Below are positions 1 through 10,591 of a stretch of 64,000 nucleotides of DNA, in pieces (position 1 is the stretch's first letter; each line of letters begins with the position of its first letter). Made by a program: the position numbers and the translations under genes. The stretch covers positions 210,091 through 274,090 of the forward strand of contig RHPI01003009.1 in the NCBI GenBank assembly GCA_009103225.1, in the 5' to 3' direction. Below the pieces are notes generated by a model, which ran no database searches, was not told where the DNA came from, and saw only the letters and a list, made by a program, of their open reading frames with translations. The DNA is from Chlorokybus atmophyticus (lineage: Eukaryota > Plantae > Mesostigma and Chlorokybus algae).

Positions 1-1142
1 ATGCGGTGTTCTTTGTCTTGCATGATTACACAATAAGCAGATAGCAGCAAAGCTTTTTGCCCATGTTGCCCGGTGAGACGAGCGGACGCATGATGGATTT
101 AATGGCCACTTCTCCAAATTTGGATCAGCGCCTCTTGTTTAACACTACCATCACAGCCGCCATTACCACCCTGCCGGCTGATGTTCGTGCTGTTGAGGAT
201 GAAAACGCCGCAAGTATGCTGACCACTTTGCTGGCAACGTGTTCATTCCTTCGATAGTGGAGGTGCACGGATCCTTTAGCAAGGCATTGCGGATTGCTAT
301 AGCTATGTGTGACAACGGCCTTACGAATGAGGCAGTTCGACTTGCAGTACTTGTACAGGTTTGTCGCCCGCCACTGTCAGCAGGTGGCGGTCCAACTTTA
401 GTGCGCACAGGCGAAAGCGCTTTTGGCTAAGGCGCATTTGGCAGTTTCAACAGTTCCAGGGCGTGCGCCATTTGCCCCGCGCATAGTATACCACGTTGAC
501 AAAGGTAGTAGCGACGTTGGAGTAGTTGTGCAACTGCACACACCAGTAGCTATCGAGTGTTGATAGGGTTCATAATAACGTAGTTGTCGTTGACCTACAT
601 GCGACCTTTTTAAATAGTTATGTTGAGTTTTTTGCACTATTTCTATTTGATAATATATTGGTCGTTGTGTGGCAGAAAGCTTAGGCAGAGCGCATCTGGT
701 GCGTGCTATATTGTGCAAATTGTCGCCAGCTACGGCGGCTGTAATCTTGAGGTCAAAATCGAGTTTTACGGGGCAAACGCGTGAAACGATCCCAGCCGGC
801 TATGTATATACATGAAGCATAACATGGCAACTTACAACAGCCTAAAACTCTTTAACATACACGAAATATATGGATCAACAAGTACTGTATTTACCCCAAC
901 ACAGTCCCCCCCTTTTTATACAGTCCCCCCCTCGATTTTGCTGAGGGGGACTGTGTACGGGGGGGGACTGTGTTACAGTAGGGGGGACTGTGTTGTGTAG
1001 CTGGGCGCAGCACAGTCCCCGCCCAAGATATGTCATCCAACCTTCAAGTTACGCCCATGGTCGTAATTGGGGTTTTCTGGCGCCGAAACAGCGGCGTTAG
1101 GGTTATTGAGCTGGTTGGCGAGGTTGTTAAGGTGGGGCGGCG

Positions 1143-4037
1143 GTGAACATGGTGGGGGCGAGAGCTGCAAGGCATGCAGCGCGCAACCGCCTGGAAAGAG
1201 AAGCTGCTGCTGCCGAGGAGGCTGCCAAGATAGCTGCAGAGGCGGCAGCCAAGGCACGTGAGGCGGCCGCCAGGCTTGCGACAGAGGCGGCAGCAGAGCA
1301 GCTGGACGCCGGTGGTGAGCGGCCCACCGGCGTCCAGAAGCGCGTCAATGCTGCCCGCACCAACAACGGGCGCAATAGGAGGTACAAGCGGCGAGCATTC
1401 ACATGCCACCAAAAGGTATGTTTATGCAATGTGCTTTGTGTATTGGTAATAATGCATGCTGTTACTGCTCAGCACAATAAGGGTGTGCATTTGCACGTGT
1501 ACTTAGCTGTGCTGCGTGCTGTGACAATGCATGCACGCTCACACACTTGCATGCACGTGACGCATGTGTATGCGTGCATGCACTGTTGCTGCGTGCTATG
1601 TGTCTGGCTGGCGTGACTAACAAAGTGTTACATGGCAGCGCAAGTTCATTGACATTGCCAAGCATCTTGGCATTAAAAGAACCGAGCGCGAGCACGGCAT
1701 CCACGCCAAGAGCTTGCGGAACTGGCTTAAGCAAGAGCTAGAGATCAAGTCTGCATGTGCAAGTGATTGTAGGCTAAAGGGTGGCGGGAGGACACTCTCA
1801 ATTCCAGAGCTTGACACTCTTGTGTGCAACTACATTGTTGATAAGAGGTCGCGTGGGTTGGGAGTGACACAAGGCATGATCAGGGTATGTTTATGCATGT
1901 GGTACACTTGTGTTTGCATCAAGGGCTGCACGCACTTGCACGCACACACGCACGCGCACAGCTGCACCACTCTAGCATGCACACGCACACGGAGCTGAAC
2001 CATGCACGCACGCACACGCACACGCACTCCCGCACGCACACGCACGCGCACACGCACACACATGCACGCAGCTGCACACACACTCACGTACATGGCTGCA
2101 CCACTCACGCACGCATACACACACGCACGCAGCTGCACACACACACTCACGTACATGGCTGCACAACTCACGCACGCATACACACACGCACGCAGCTGCA
2201 CACACACACACTCACGCACGCAGCTGCGCCAGCTGCACACCCACGCACCACTCGCACACGCACACGCAGACGCACGCAGCTGCACACACACACGCACTCA
2301 CACGCACGCAGCTGCACCACTCGTGCCCGCACTCATGCACCCACACGCACACGCACATGCACACGCAGACGCACGCAGCTGCACACACACGCATTCACAC
2401 GCACGCATCTGCACCACTCGCGCCCGCACTCATGCACGCACACGCACACGCACGCACGCAGCTGCACACACATGCACACACATGCAACAATGCACTGCAC
2501 ACGCACGCGCACACGCACACGTATCTCAAGGGCACAACCACACACACGCACGCTGGTACACTCAGCAAACGCACACACCAGCACTTCAATAGCTCAATCA
2601 ACATGCATGTGTGCAGCTGGAGGCCAAGCGGCTAGTTGCTGAACACAACGCCAACCTCAATGATGATGGCGATAAGTGGCAGTTGAAGGCCTCCCTCAAT
2701 TGGGTGGTGCGCTTCATGGCGCGCCATGATCTTACTGTACGGGCACGCACTAAAGTAGGTCAAAAGCTCCCTCGTGATCTCGCACAAAAAGTTGAGGGCC
2801 ACCGCATGTTCATTACCCTCATGAAGGAGCGGCACAAGTATGCCTCCAGTCAGGTCGTCAACATGGATGAAGTTCCAATCACGGTGGACATGCCCGCGAC
2901 TCGCACGGTCAACCAGCAAGGCAGCCGCACTGTCACCATGAAAACAACAGGTGAGGCATGCATGCGCATGCAATCATGCAATCATTGCATGCTGATTCTG
3001 GCACAACACAACACATGTATGGCCTGGCCTCACACTCATTGAGCAGGCAACGAGAAGAAAAACATTACCGTGGTGTTGGCCTGTGCAATGGACGGCACCA
3101 AGCTACCGCCAGTCGTCATTCTAAAGCGCAAGACTCTGCCTTCTGATTTGATCATACCAGATGGTGTGGTGGTGTGGGCGAATGAAGCGGGCTGGATGGA
3201 TGAGGCACACACGTGTGAGTGGGTCGAGGCGGTGATGCGCAAGCGGCCGAAGCGGGTTTTTGGCACGAGAGCGCTGCTTGTCTGGGATTCCTTTTCAGCA
3301 CACATGTGTGAGTCCGTGAAAGCAGCAACGCAGGCTGGCGGTATCGATCAAGCTGTCATTCCGGGTGGGTGTACGCCTATTCTTCAACCTTTGGATGTAG
3401 GGGTGAACAAGCCTTTCAAGGACATGCTTCGTGCAAAGGTGAGTTGCTAAAATGTGCATGTGCTGATGTTGTGAGGAGTGCACAACTCACACGCTAGGTT
3501 GCATGTAAGTTTGTGTGCGTACCACCTGGGTGAGCTGCTCTTGGGTAAGGTTGCAATAACGGTTGTCATCTTAGGTTGTCAGTCATGATTAACATTGTGC
3601 TTTGTTGGTGTATGCAGTGGGCGTTGTGGATGGCAGACCCAGCCAACCATTCCTACACTGCAGGCGGCAACTTGCGGCACGCGGACTGGTCAACCGTAGT
3701 GTCGTGGGTGCATCAGGCTTGGGAGGAGTTGTCAGTGCAGACCATCATCAATGCGTTCAAGAAGGCGGGCGTGTGTGAAGCTGATTGGACCCCGGAGCAG
3801 GTCGTTGATGACAATGCGGACAATGTCGTCGATGTAGATGAGTTGCCGCTGGAGGTACAGGAAGAGCGTGTGATCTCAGAGTTGGAGAAGTTGCGTGTGC
3901 GCGATGAGGCCAATGCTTCAAGGGCTAACCATATCGAGCTGTCCAGTGATGAGAGCGAGCTTGATAGCATGTGTACTAGCAGTGATGATGATGCACAGGA
4001 GGAGGATGGTGATGACTCTGATGATGATCTTGTGTAG
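1143..4037 (+). CDS. pogo transposase, 5 exons (1143-1415, 1639-1884, 2617-2950, 3047-3438, 3618-4037), 554 aa
   Basis: GT-AG joins give one stop-free frame. It has a Brinker-like HTH (RRAFTCHQK|RKFIDIAKHLGIKRTEREHGIHAKSLRNW), a CENP-B HTH, and catalytic NMDE...WDSF...QPLD with 35 residues between the last two Asp. Confidence 0.9.
1930..2580. repeat. CA/CG-rich degenerate tandem repeat inside transposase intron 2
   Basis: Repeated CACGCACGCAGCTGCACACACAC-like units. These generate the spurious His/Thr/Ala-rich ORFs in the track. Confidence 0.9.
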
Positions 4038-4085
4038 TGAGAGATTACTTGTGTTGGATGTTGTTGCTAGCATGTGTGATTCCCT

Positions 4086-4129
4086 CGCACGCACGCGCGC
4101 GTACGCACACACGCACGCACACACGCGCG

Positions 4130-4188
<59 letters not shown>

Positions 4189-4190
4189 AC
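4086..4190. repeat. alternating purine-pyrimidine (CA)n/(CG)n tract
   Basis: About 100 bp of near-perfect RY alternation between the transposase stop and the right TIR. Confidence 0.9.
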
Positions 4191-4926
4191 AGCAGGTAGG
4201 CGCGCGTTATATGTCAATACAGTCTCCCTCAAGGGGGATACTAAAATGGGGGGGGGACTCTAAGGTCAAAACACAGTCCCCCCCCCCCCCAACTTTGCCG
4301 GGGGGGACTGTGTTCGGGGGGGGACTGTGTTGGGGTAAATACGGTAGCCTTGGTCAATTCTTCGTGCATAAGCTATGCAACACCACCGAAGTTCAACTCT
4401 CGCCCCTAATCAACATGTGTGGCATTGAGACAGACACCACCGTTCATGCATTGCCCTGATGGCCCAATCCTGGCGGGCCCCCCGTCACCAAATCAACAGC
4501 AGGGCAGCGTCCTTTTGGAATTTTCCAAAGTGGGAGTTGCCCCCATCTCCAAGACTGGAGCGGAAATGCATTCATCGTCGGCGTTAATGAACGCGTTCAA
4601 AACTGTCAACGACATGATGGTGACCGCGCAGGTTGTTGGCTGGCCTGGCGGTGGCGCAGGAGCGGCGGCGGTGGCAGCGGCGGCGGCGGCGGCGGCGAAC
4701 AACGTGGATGCACTAGCTGGGCCTACTGCCTTCCTCGCCTTCAGTAGCAATGAGACAAGGTGCAGGGTGCTGCCGCACCCTCGTCCTGTGGAGTAGTGGG
4801 CAGCAGAGTTAGGGTTTTATAGCAGAAGCGCAGCATGCTACCGGCTTAAGGGGTGGGCGAGCGAGCAGGCCCTCCGCTGATCAGGTGTTGGCCTGGTCTT
4901 GGTTTCAACGTGGACTCCTGTGGAGC

Positions 4927-7389
4927 ATGGTGGGAGGCCGCACATTCAACACACCGAGGCGCTGGCTGGCCGTCGTGAAGGGCATGCACGGCCGCCGGTC
5001 CAGCCGATGGGTGCTGCTCGCGGGCCTCGTACTCGCCGCGCTGCTCATCTCCCTCTCGCACGCTTACCTGGTAGGCCATGCACGTGTATACTACGATATC
5101 AGAGCGTCTATGCTCTTACATCTGCAAGCAACTTCATGAGTCTGAGCTTTCTGTCATTGCATAACGATGCCTGTGCTGAGGTATGCATGTAACAAACCAG
5201 TTAGTGATAAAACATCTGTTGCCACGAGCACACATAGCCTGCCGAGGGTACCCAATCCTAACTCCACGACGCGTGCAATGTACCATCTTTTGGCCGCCAT
5301 GGCGTGCAACGACACTGGGCATGGCCTACCCGGCAATGGCATTGTTTCTGTGCGTTCTGTCGTGGACGTACATGCACCCATTTGCCAATCGTCACCTTCC
5401 TGCCGGCTTTTTGTTACGATCAATGTGAGTCATTCTAGCCTTTGCGTTGTGATCAGTCAAGTACAGTGGACTGATCTCGAAGCACATGCTCAACTTCGCT
5501 TGCACAGCAATTTCATCGCCGCAATGCCTTGCTTAAAAAGATGTGAATGCATGGTTAGCTGGCAGTCTTGGCAACAGGTAGCAGCTGTACAGTCAGCTTT
5601 GTGACTTGTACGGCAGGTTCAATGCGCAATGCCTCCCTTCAGAAGTTGTGCTTGAACGGTTGGCTAGCAGTCTTGGTAACAGGTAGCAGCTGTGAGTTAT
5701 ATGACTCTGTGTCGGGTGCATCAGACGCTGTGCATGTAAACGATCCTGGCCATCTCCAGGGTTCAAATCTGTGATTCACTGAGTACATTATCTCGGCAGG
5801 GTTCAGGGAGCAACCGAAACGGCTCACCAAGCAATCCCCACTCAACCGGTCACAATGGTAATCATGAATGGAAAGAAGCACACAAGCCTTTGAACGGGTT
5901 ATATGTCGGAGCCAAGATCAAGCGTATGTGCCAGTGTTACATCTGCAAGTCATGCTTACCATGTTACTCAGCCTTGCTGATTTACTATTGTTCAATCGCG
6001 TGTTTTGCATGCAGTCTGAGACGATGTGTCACTCGTTGGCATTGTGCATTTGACTAACAATGCTGATGGTGATCCTGCGCAGCCCTGGAAGACCCTCCGC
6101 CACCCCCGCCTTCCTGCGAGTTCATGGAGCCGCAGGAGCATGAGCCGCTCGTGCGAAACAGAGAATTTTGGAAAAGCCTCACGAAAGAGAACATCCAGGA
6201 CATTCAGAACAAATGGATGGCGTTTGCTGATTCGGAGCTGGCAAACATACCCATCACAGAGCTTGGAAGGGTCTTCCAAGGCCGCGGTATCGTGTACTTG
6301 ACATATGGCAACACGTACACTTTGACACGGGCCAGCATACGCACGGTCCGGTCGTACCTGAAGGTCACGCTGCCTATTGAGGTGTACTACTGGGAGGGGG
6401 ACCTCATACCCGACCAGATCAACGAGTTGCGGTCAATGGGTGATGTGGACGTGATCGACCTGTCGCAGAACTCAAGCGCAACCAACCCATACTGGTTGAA
6501 GTCTACGCAGTCCAAAGAGCTCACGCACTACAACTACCAGCTAAAGGGTGCTGCCCTGATCAACAGCAGATTTGCGGAGATTATCTACTTAGACTCCGAC
6601 AACTTCCCGCTACGCGACCCTACGTTCCTGTTCGACTCCCCCGAGTTCAAGCGCTATGGTGCCATGTTCTGGCCTGACTTCTGGAAGACTCCAATTGACA
6701 GCCGCATGTGGGAGATCTGCAACTTGACTTGCACTGAGGAGTGGGAATTTGAGACTGGGCAGATGGTGTTGGACAAGGTCAGTTGCTCTTCCTCATGGTT
6801 GAGTTCAGGATTGCATAATGCAGCCACCGAGCAGCTCATCTTCTTGGCTGCAACACTTGTGAGAGTTGTCATGTGTGGGTGTGAACACTGTTGACTACTT
6901 TTGCAGGTGAGAAACTGGAGGCCGATGCAGCTGGCGATGTATATGCAAACCAACAAGGACCTGTATTTTAGATTGGTTTGGGGCGACAAGGACACGTTCC
7001 GTTTCGCGTGGCGCGCGCTGAGGGTGGAGTACTTCTTCAACCCTTACTGGATCACTTTGGTAGGGAACCTGTGGACCGCAAACAACCGGTTCTGCGGGCA
7101 CTCCATAGGCCAGCACGACACGGAGGGCGAGCTGCTGTTCCTCCACGCCAACGGGTGGAAGTGGAACAAGAATCAGCTGACGCTAGGGAGGAATTGGGAG
7201 TGGACCAAGCGGTACGGCGCCCCGTACCACAACATGCACCTGAGGGTGTATGCGTGGCGCGGGGACAACCGCTTCTGCTGGGACGTCACCGACGACGACG
7301 GCAGCAACGGAGGGGAGGTGTTTCAGCGCTACCAGCGCCCGCTCATAGACTTCGAGAGCTTCTTTGCGGAGCGTGGAGGCGTTGGCTAA
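4927..7389 (+). CDS. GT71 (Mannosyl_trans3, MNN2/MNN5-like) alpha-mannosyltransferase, type II membrane protein
   Basis: N-terminal TM exon (WVLLAGLVLAALLISLSHAYL, donor at 5071), a tentative small exon 5800-5857, and exons 6083-6777 and 6907-7389. Motifs GRGIV, TLPIEV, LKGAALINSRFAEIIYLDSDN, FWPDFWKT, EFETGQMVLDK, GDKDTFRFAW. Confidence 0.85.
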
Positions 7390-8898
7390 GAGCGCGCCCT
7401 GTGCTTAGTTGCTATCACAATTCGTCGCGATTTGGACTCTCCCTGGAGTCCTTTGTTAGTGAGCAAGTGTGTGCGGGTCAGTGTGTTGAGATGTGCGTGT
7501 ACAGGAAAGTAGAGCAGACCAGCCAGCTGCTGGTTGCCACCAAACTTCCTGCAAGGTTTAGGACTAAGTGAAAGCAATGTGCGGCGGGCCTAATTGCTTT
7601 CGCATATATTCAGTGTTGCTTGGCTGTCAAACAGTTGTTCAAATTGTGGCCGAGTAGTCTGTTGTATCATGTGCAAATGCTTTGATGCCTGGCAATGCTC
7701 TGTAACGCTTTTGTCTTTGCATGCAAGGTATGTCGCAACAGTCAAGTGTACATGTTGTATTCTCCATGCCGGACATTATCACAACCACCGATGTAAATTT
7801 GCATGATCATGATGGTCTTTATTACCATGCTGTATTTACCCAATGGTCGACAATAACTGTATGCAATCCCAGCTTTACGGTAAGTGCCCGCCAACAATGC
7901 ATCAGCACTTGAGGACGGGTTGCACAGCTTTTGCAATGAGAGACGGCGCTACATGTTTGTTGACAGTCCAGCACCCGCGCAATATCGATAGCAACACCAA
8001 GAAACCACAACAGCCTGTCACACAGTCTCCCATTGCAGCAACCAGCAACCACAATATAGCATAGGGTATGCATCATAGTCATTCCGAATCTCACACACAT
8101 GCTTATGTACAAGCAATTAGCATACAAGCATGAACAATCAACACCAGCACATTTATTACACCCGGGGCCGTCCACCACACTTAAGTGCCTTCTGTTCGAT
8201 GCAAATGGCGAGCAGCAGGAGCAGGCAGCAACCAACTAAGCACCTAACCGACCTGTAGATCACAGGCGAGCGTCAGTCCTTGGGAAGTGCAGAGGAGCAG
8301 GAGAGGCAAGGCAAGCGCAGTCAAGAGTTGTGCGACCTCCCACGTACATGCAAGATACAAACGCAAATTATTATATATGCGTAGGCGACACACCGGAGTC
8401 GCATGCAACCACCCCTGATGCAAGCACAATTCCTTCAAATCCAATGGCAATTGACACCCAGGCAGCTTGCACAACAACTGAGAGTGCTCTTCAAGCACAG
8501 TGTGTTGAAAGACCGAGTCCAGTCTCTGACGGCTACTTGGGTGAGAATGTCAATATCATCCCCTCAAGATGGCAGCAAGCGTGCGATGTAACAGCAACTC
8601 CGACGTGTTGCAAAAGCGATAGCCTTGACACTCCCAGTGGGGTATTCTCACACCTGCCATGGACTCGTGTGTGACCACATGACCAACACGCGACCAAAGC
8701 AAGCCTCATTCACTTTGTGGCTGGTGGCGGTCACTGCCGCATACACAAACCACGTTTTCCTTACGTCAGCACACATGCTACAGGCAGCGACAATTTCTCT
8801 CACGCATACCTCTCCACGCTTGGCACGTGAACTGCGCTTGCGTGCGACACACCAGTTGGCGAAGTTGACCCACATGGTTATGTGACTCCAGCTCTCAG

Positions 8899-10257
8899 CT
8901 ACCAGCAAGCCGGGTCCTTGATAAACGCCCTCGGGTTGGGCGCCAGCTTGTGCGGGGGCGCAGTCGTCCCTCTCCTCTCCAACCTGACAAACGATGCATG
9001 TCGCATATGCCGACACACACCCGCACAAGGCACTCCTGCGTGTACATTTTCTCACATGTCCACGATGGCGTCTTCTATCCGGCGCGAGAACTTGACGGGC
9101 GCAGGGTCGAGCTGCGGTTGAAGCGGCGCGCAGTATATCGACAAGAGGCCGAGGCGGTTGCCAAACACCACGTCCGTCAGCAACCTGCGCCCAAACACTC
9201 AGCGCGGTTGCTTCAGGTTTGAAATCATAAACAGTTGCATGTGGACTCCCTTACCTGTCACCGACCATGACGACGCGGTCTGCGGGGACGCCAAGCCCAA
9301 ACTCCACCGCTTCCGCACCACCTGGTGTCGCACGGGTGGGTTCGCGCGCGCGTGCGTGCGTGCAATGGACACACATCAAGCAATCCACATTCCACTCTCC
9401 GCTCTCTCACCCGCCGGCTTCTTGGCTTCGTGTCTCAGCACCCTCACCCCAACCTGCTTCTCCACCCTCTCCGCCTTCTTCCCTTCGGGGTCGTACTGCT
9501 GCAGCCCCGCGCTGTTGCTCAGCACCGCGATACGACCCTCGAACGCCGAGCGCGCTGACTCCAGGGAGGGGAGGAGAGAGGGGGAGACGCCCTCCACGTA
9601 GGGGAGAGTCAGCGTGTTGTCCTTGTCGAAGAGGGCAGCGAGGAAACCGGCCGAGGAAAGGGCGGACCAGTCGATCCACCTGGCAGGGAGGGAGGGAGGG
9701 AGGGAGTGTGTGAGTTGGGTGGTCACTTGTGATGATGCAGTGTGATGGGTGTTGCACACAGTGCGCATGCATGCGTGTGTACGTGATGCATGCATGCGTG
9801 TGTTGCTGGCCTTCCGGTTCCGGTTGGTCGCGCAGTAGGGGCCCCAGGGCGCATGCAACTTGCAACGTGCGCGCAGCGATGCAGCAACTTCTACTACGCA
9901 TCACGCATGCTTGTGCGAGTGTTGATGCCAGCTGGAACAGGGTTGCAGGCAGGCATCATCCACACCAACTGCCAGGAGGAGAGGGTATGTATGCACTGCG
10001 AACCTGATGTCTGGTACTCGTAGGTGCGGCACTGCCCACGCTCCCTTGCCTCCTGCCACCACCTCCGCAAGCACCGCCACCCCGGCACCGTTCCACGCCT
10101 GACCAGCAGCACCCCGCCAACCCATCTCAGCCCTTTCCGTGGACGACGCCTCGCACCTCACCACCGCCACTCTCCTCCTGGTCGTCCTCCTCCTCCTGCT
10201 TACAGGCAACGGCACGGCCTGTGATACCGCCACCACCGCCGCTGCCGCCCCACCCAT
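8899..10257 (-). CDS. PGPP1: phosphatidylglycerophosphate phosphatase (HAD IIIA, YqeG/GEP4 family), probable plastid transit peptide
   Basis: Spliced: VPHLRVPDIR|WIDW...FDKDNTLT...SNSAG...RHEAKKP...MVGDR|LLTDVVFGN...PACW-stop. Ala/Arg/Ser-rich N-terminus from the ATG at 10257. Confidence 0.88.
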
Positions 10258-10591
10258 CCCCAGCCAGGAGCGGGGGGATATGCTGTCGTCTACGGTGTGA
10301 TCGTGGTTGTCGCCATCGCCGTCGCCGTCGTGCAGCTTGCGAGCAGAGTCGGCAAGAGAGGGTAGTTGGACACCTGTGTGGTCGTCGTCCTCCGCAGCGA
10401 CGGCGGCGGCGGCGGCGGCGGCGGCGTTAGGCACGTCAGGGGCGAGAGGGGTGGCATCTGCTGCTCCCCTGCGTGTTGGTTGGTGTGCGCCTCATCCTTT
10501 TCTTCCTTCTCCTCCTGGCTGCCGCCGCCGTCTCCCCCATCGCATAGCTGCCAACTCCTCCTGCTCCTGCAGGAGCTTGTCGTCCGTGCAC

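Larger units (their letters stand above)
885..4344 (+). mobile_element. pogo-family (Tc1/mariner superfamily) DNA transposon, apparently complete
   Basis: 28-bp TIRs: CTGTATTTACCCCAACACAGTCCCCCCC at 885-912 and its reverse complement at 4317-4344 (1 mismatch). TA on both flanks (883-884, 4345-4346). Internal DDE_1-type transposase. Confidence 0.95.

Noticed and set aside
57-880. Short ORFs left of the pogo element
   Set aside because: No recognisable motifs or consistent exon structure; they may belong to a feature outside the window.
1830-2642. Long His/Thr/Ala/Cys-rich ORFs (155-251 aa) on both strands
   Set aside because: They are translations of the CA-rich repeat inside pogo intron 2.
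4419-4796. 125-aa Ala-rich ORF and its antisense partner upstream of GT71
   Set aside because: Driven by a GCG repeat; no domain recognised.
8150-8880. Possible small minus-strand gene after PGPP1
   Set aside because: Some splice-like signals, but I could not assemble a consistent frame or recognise a product.
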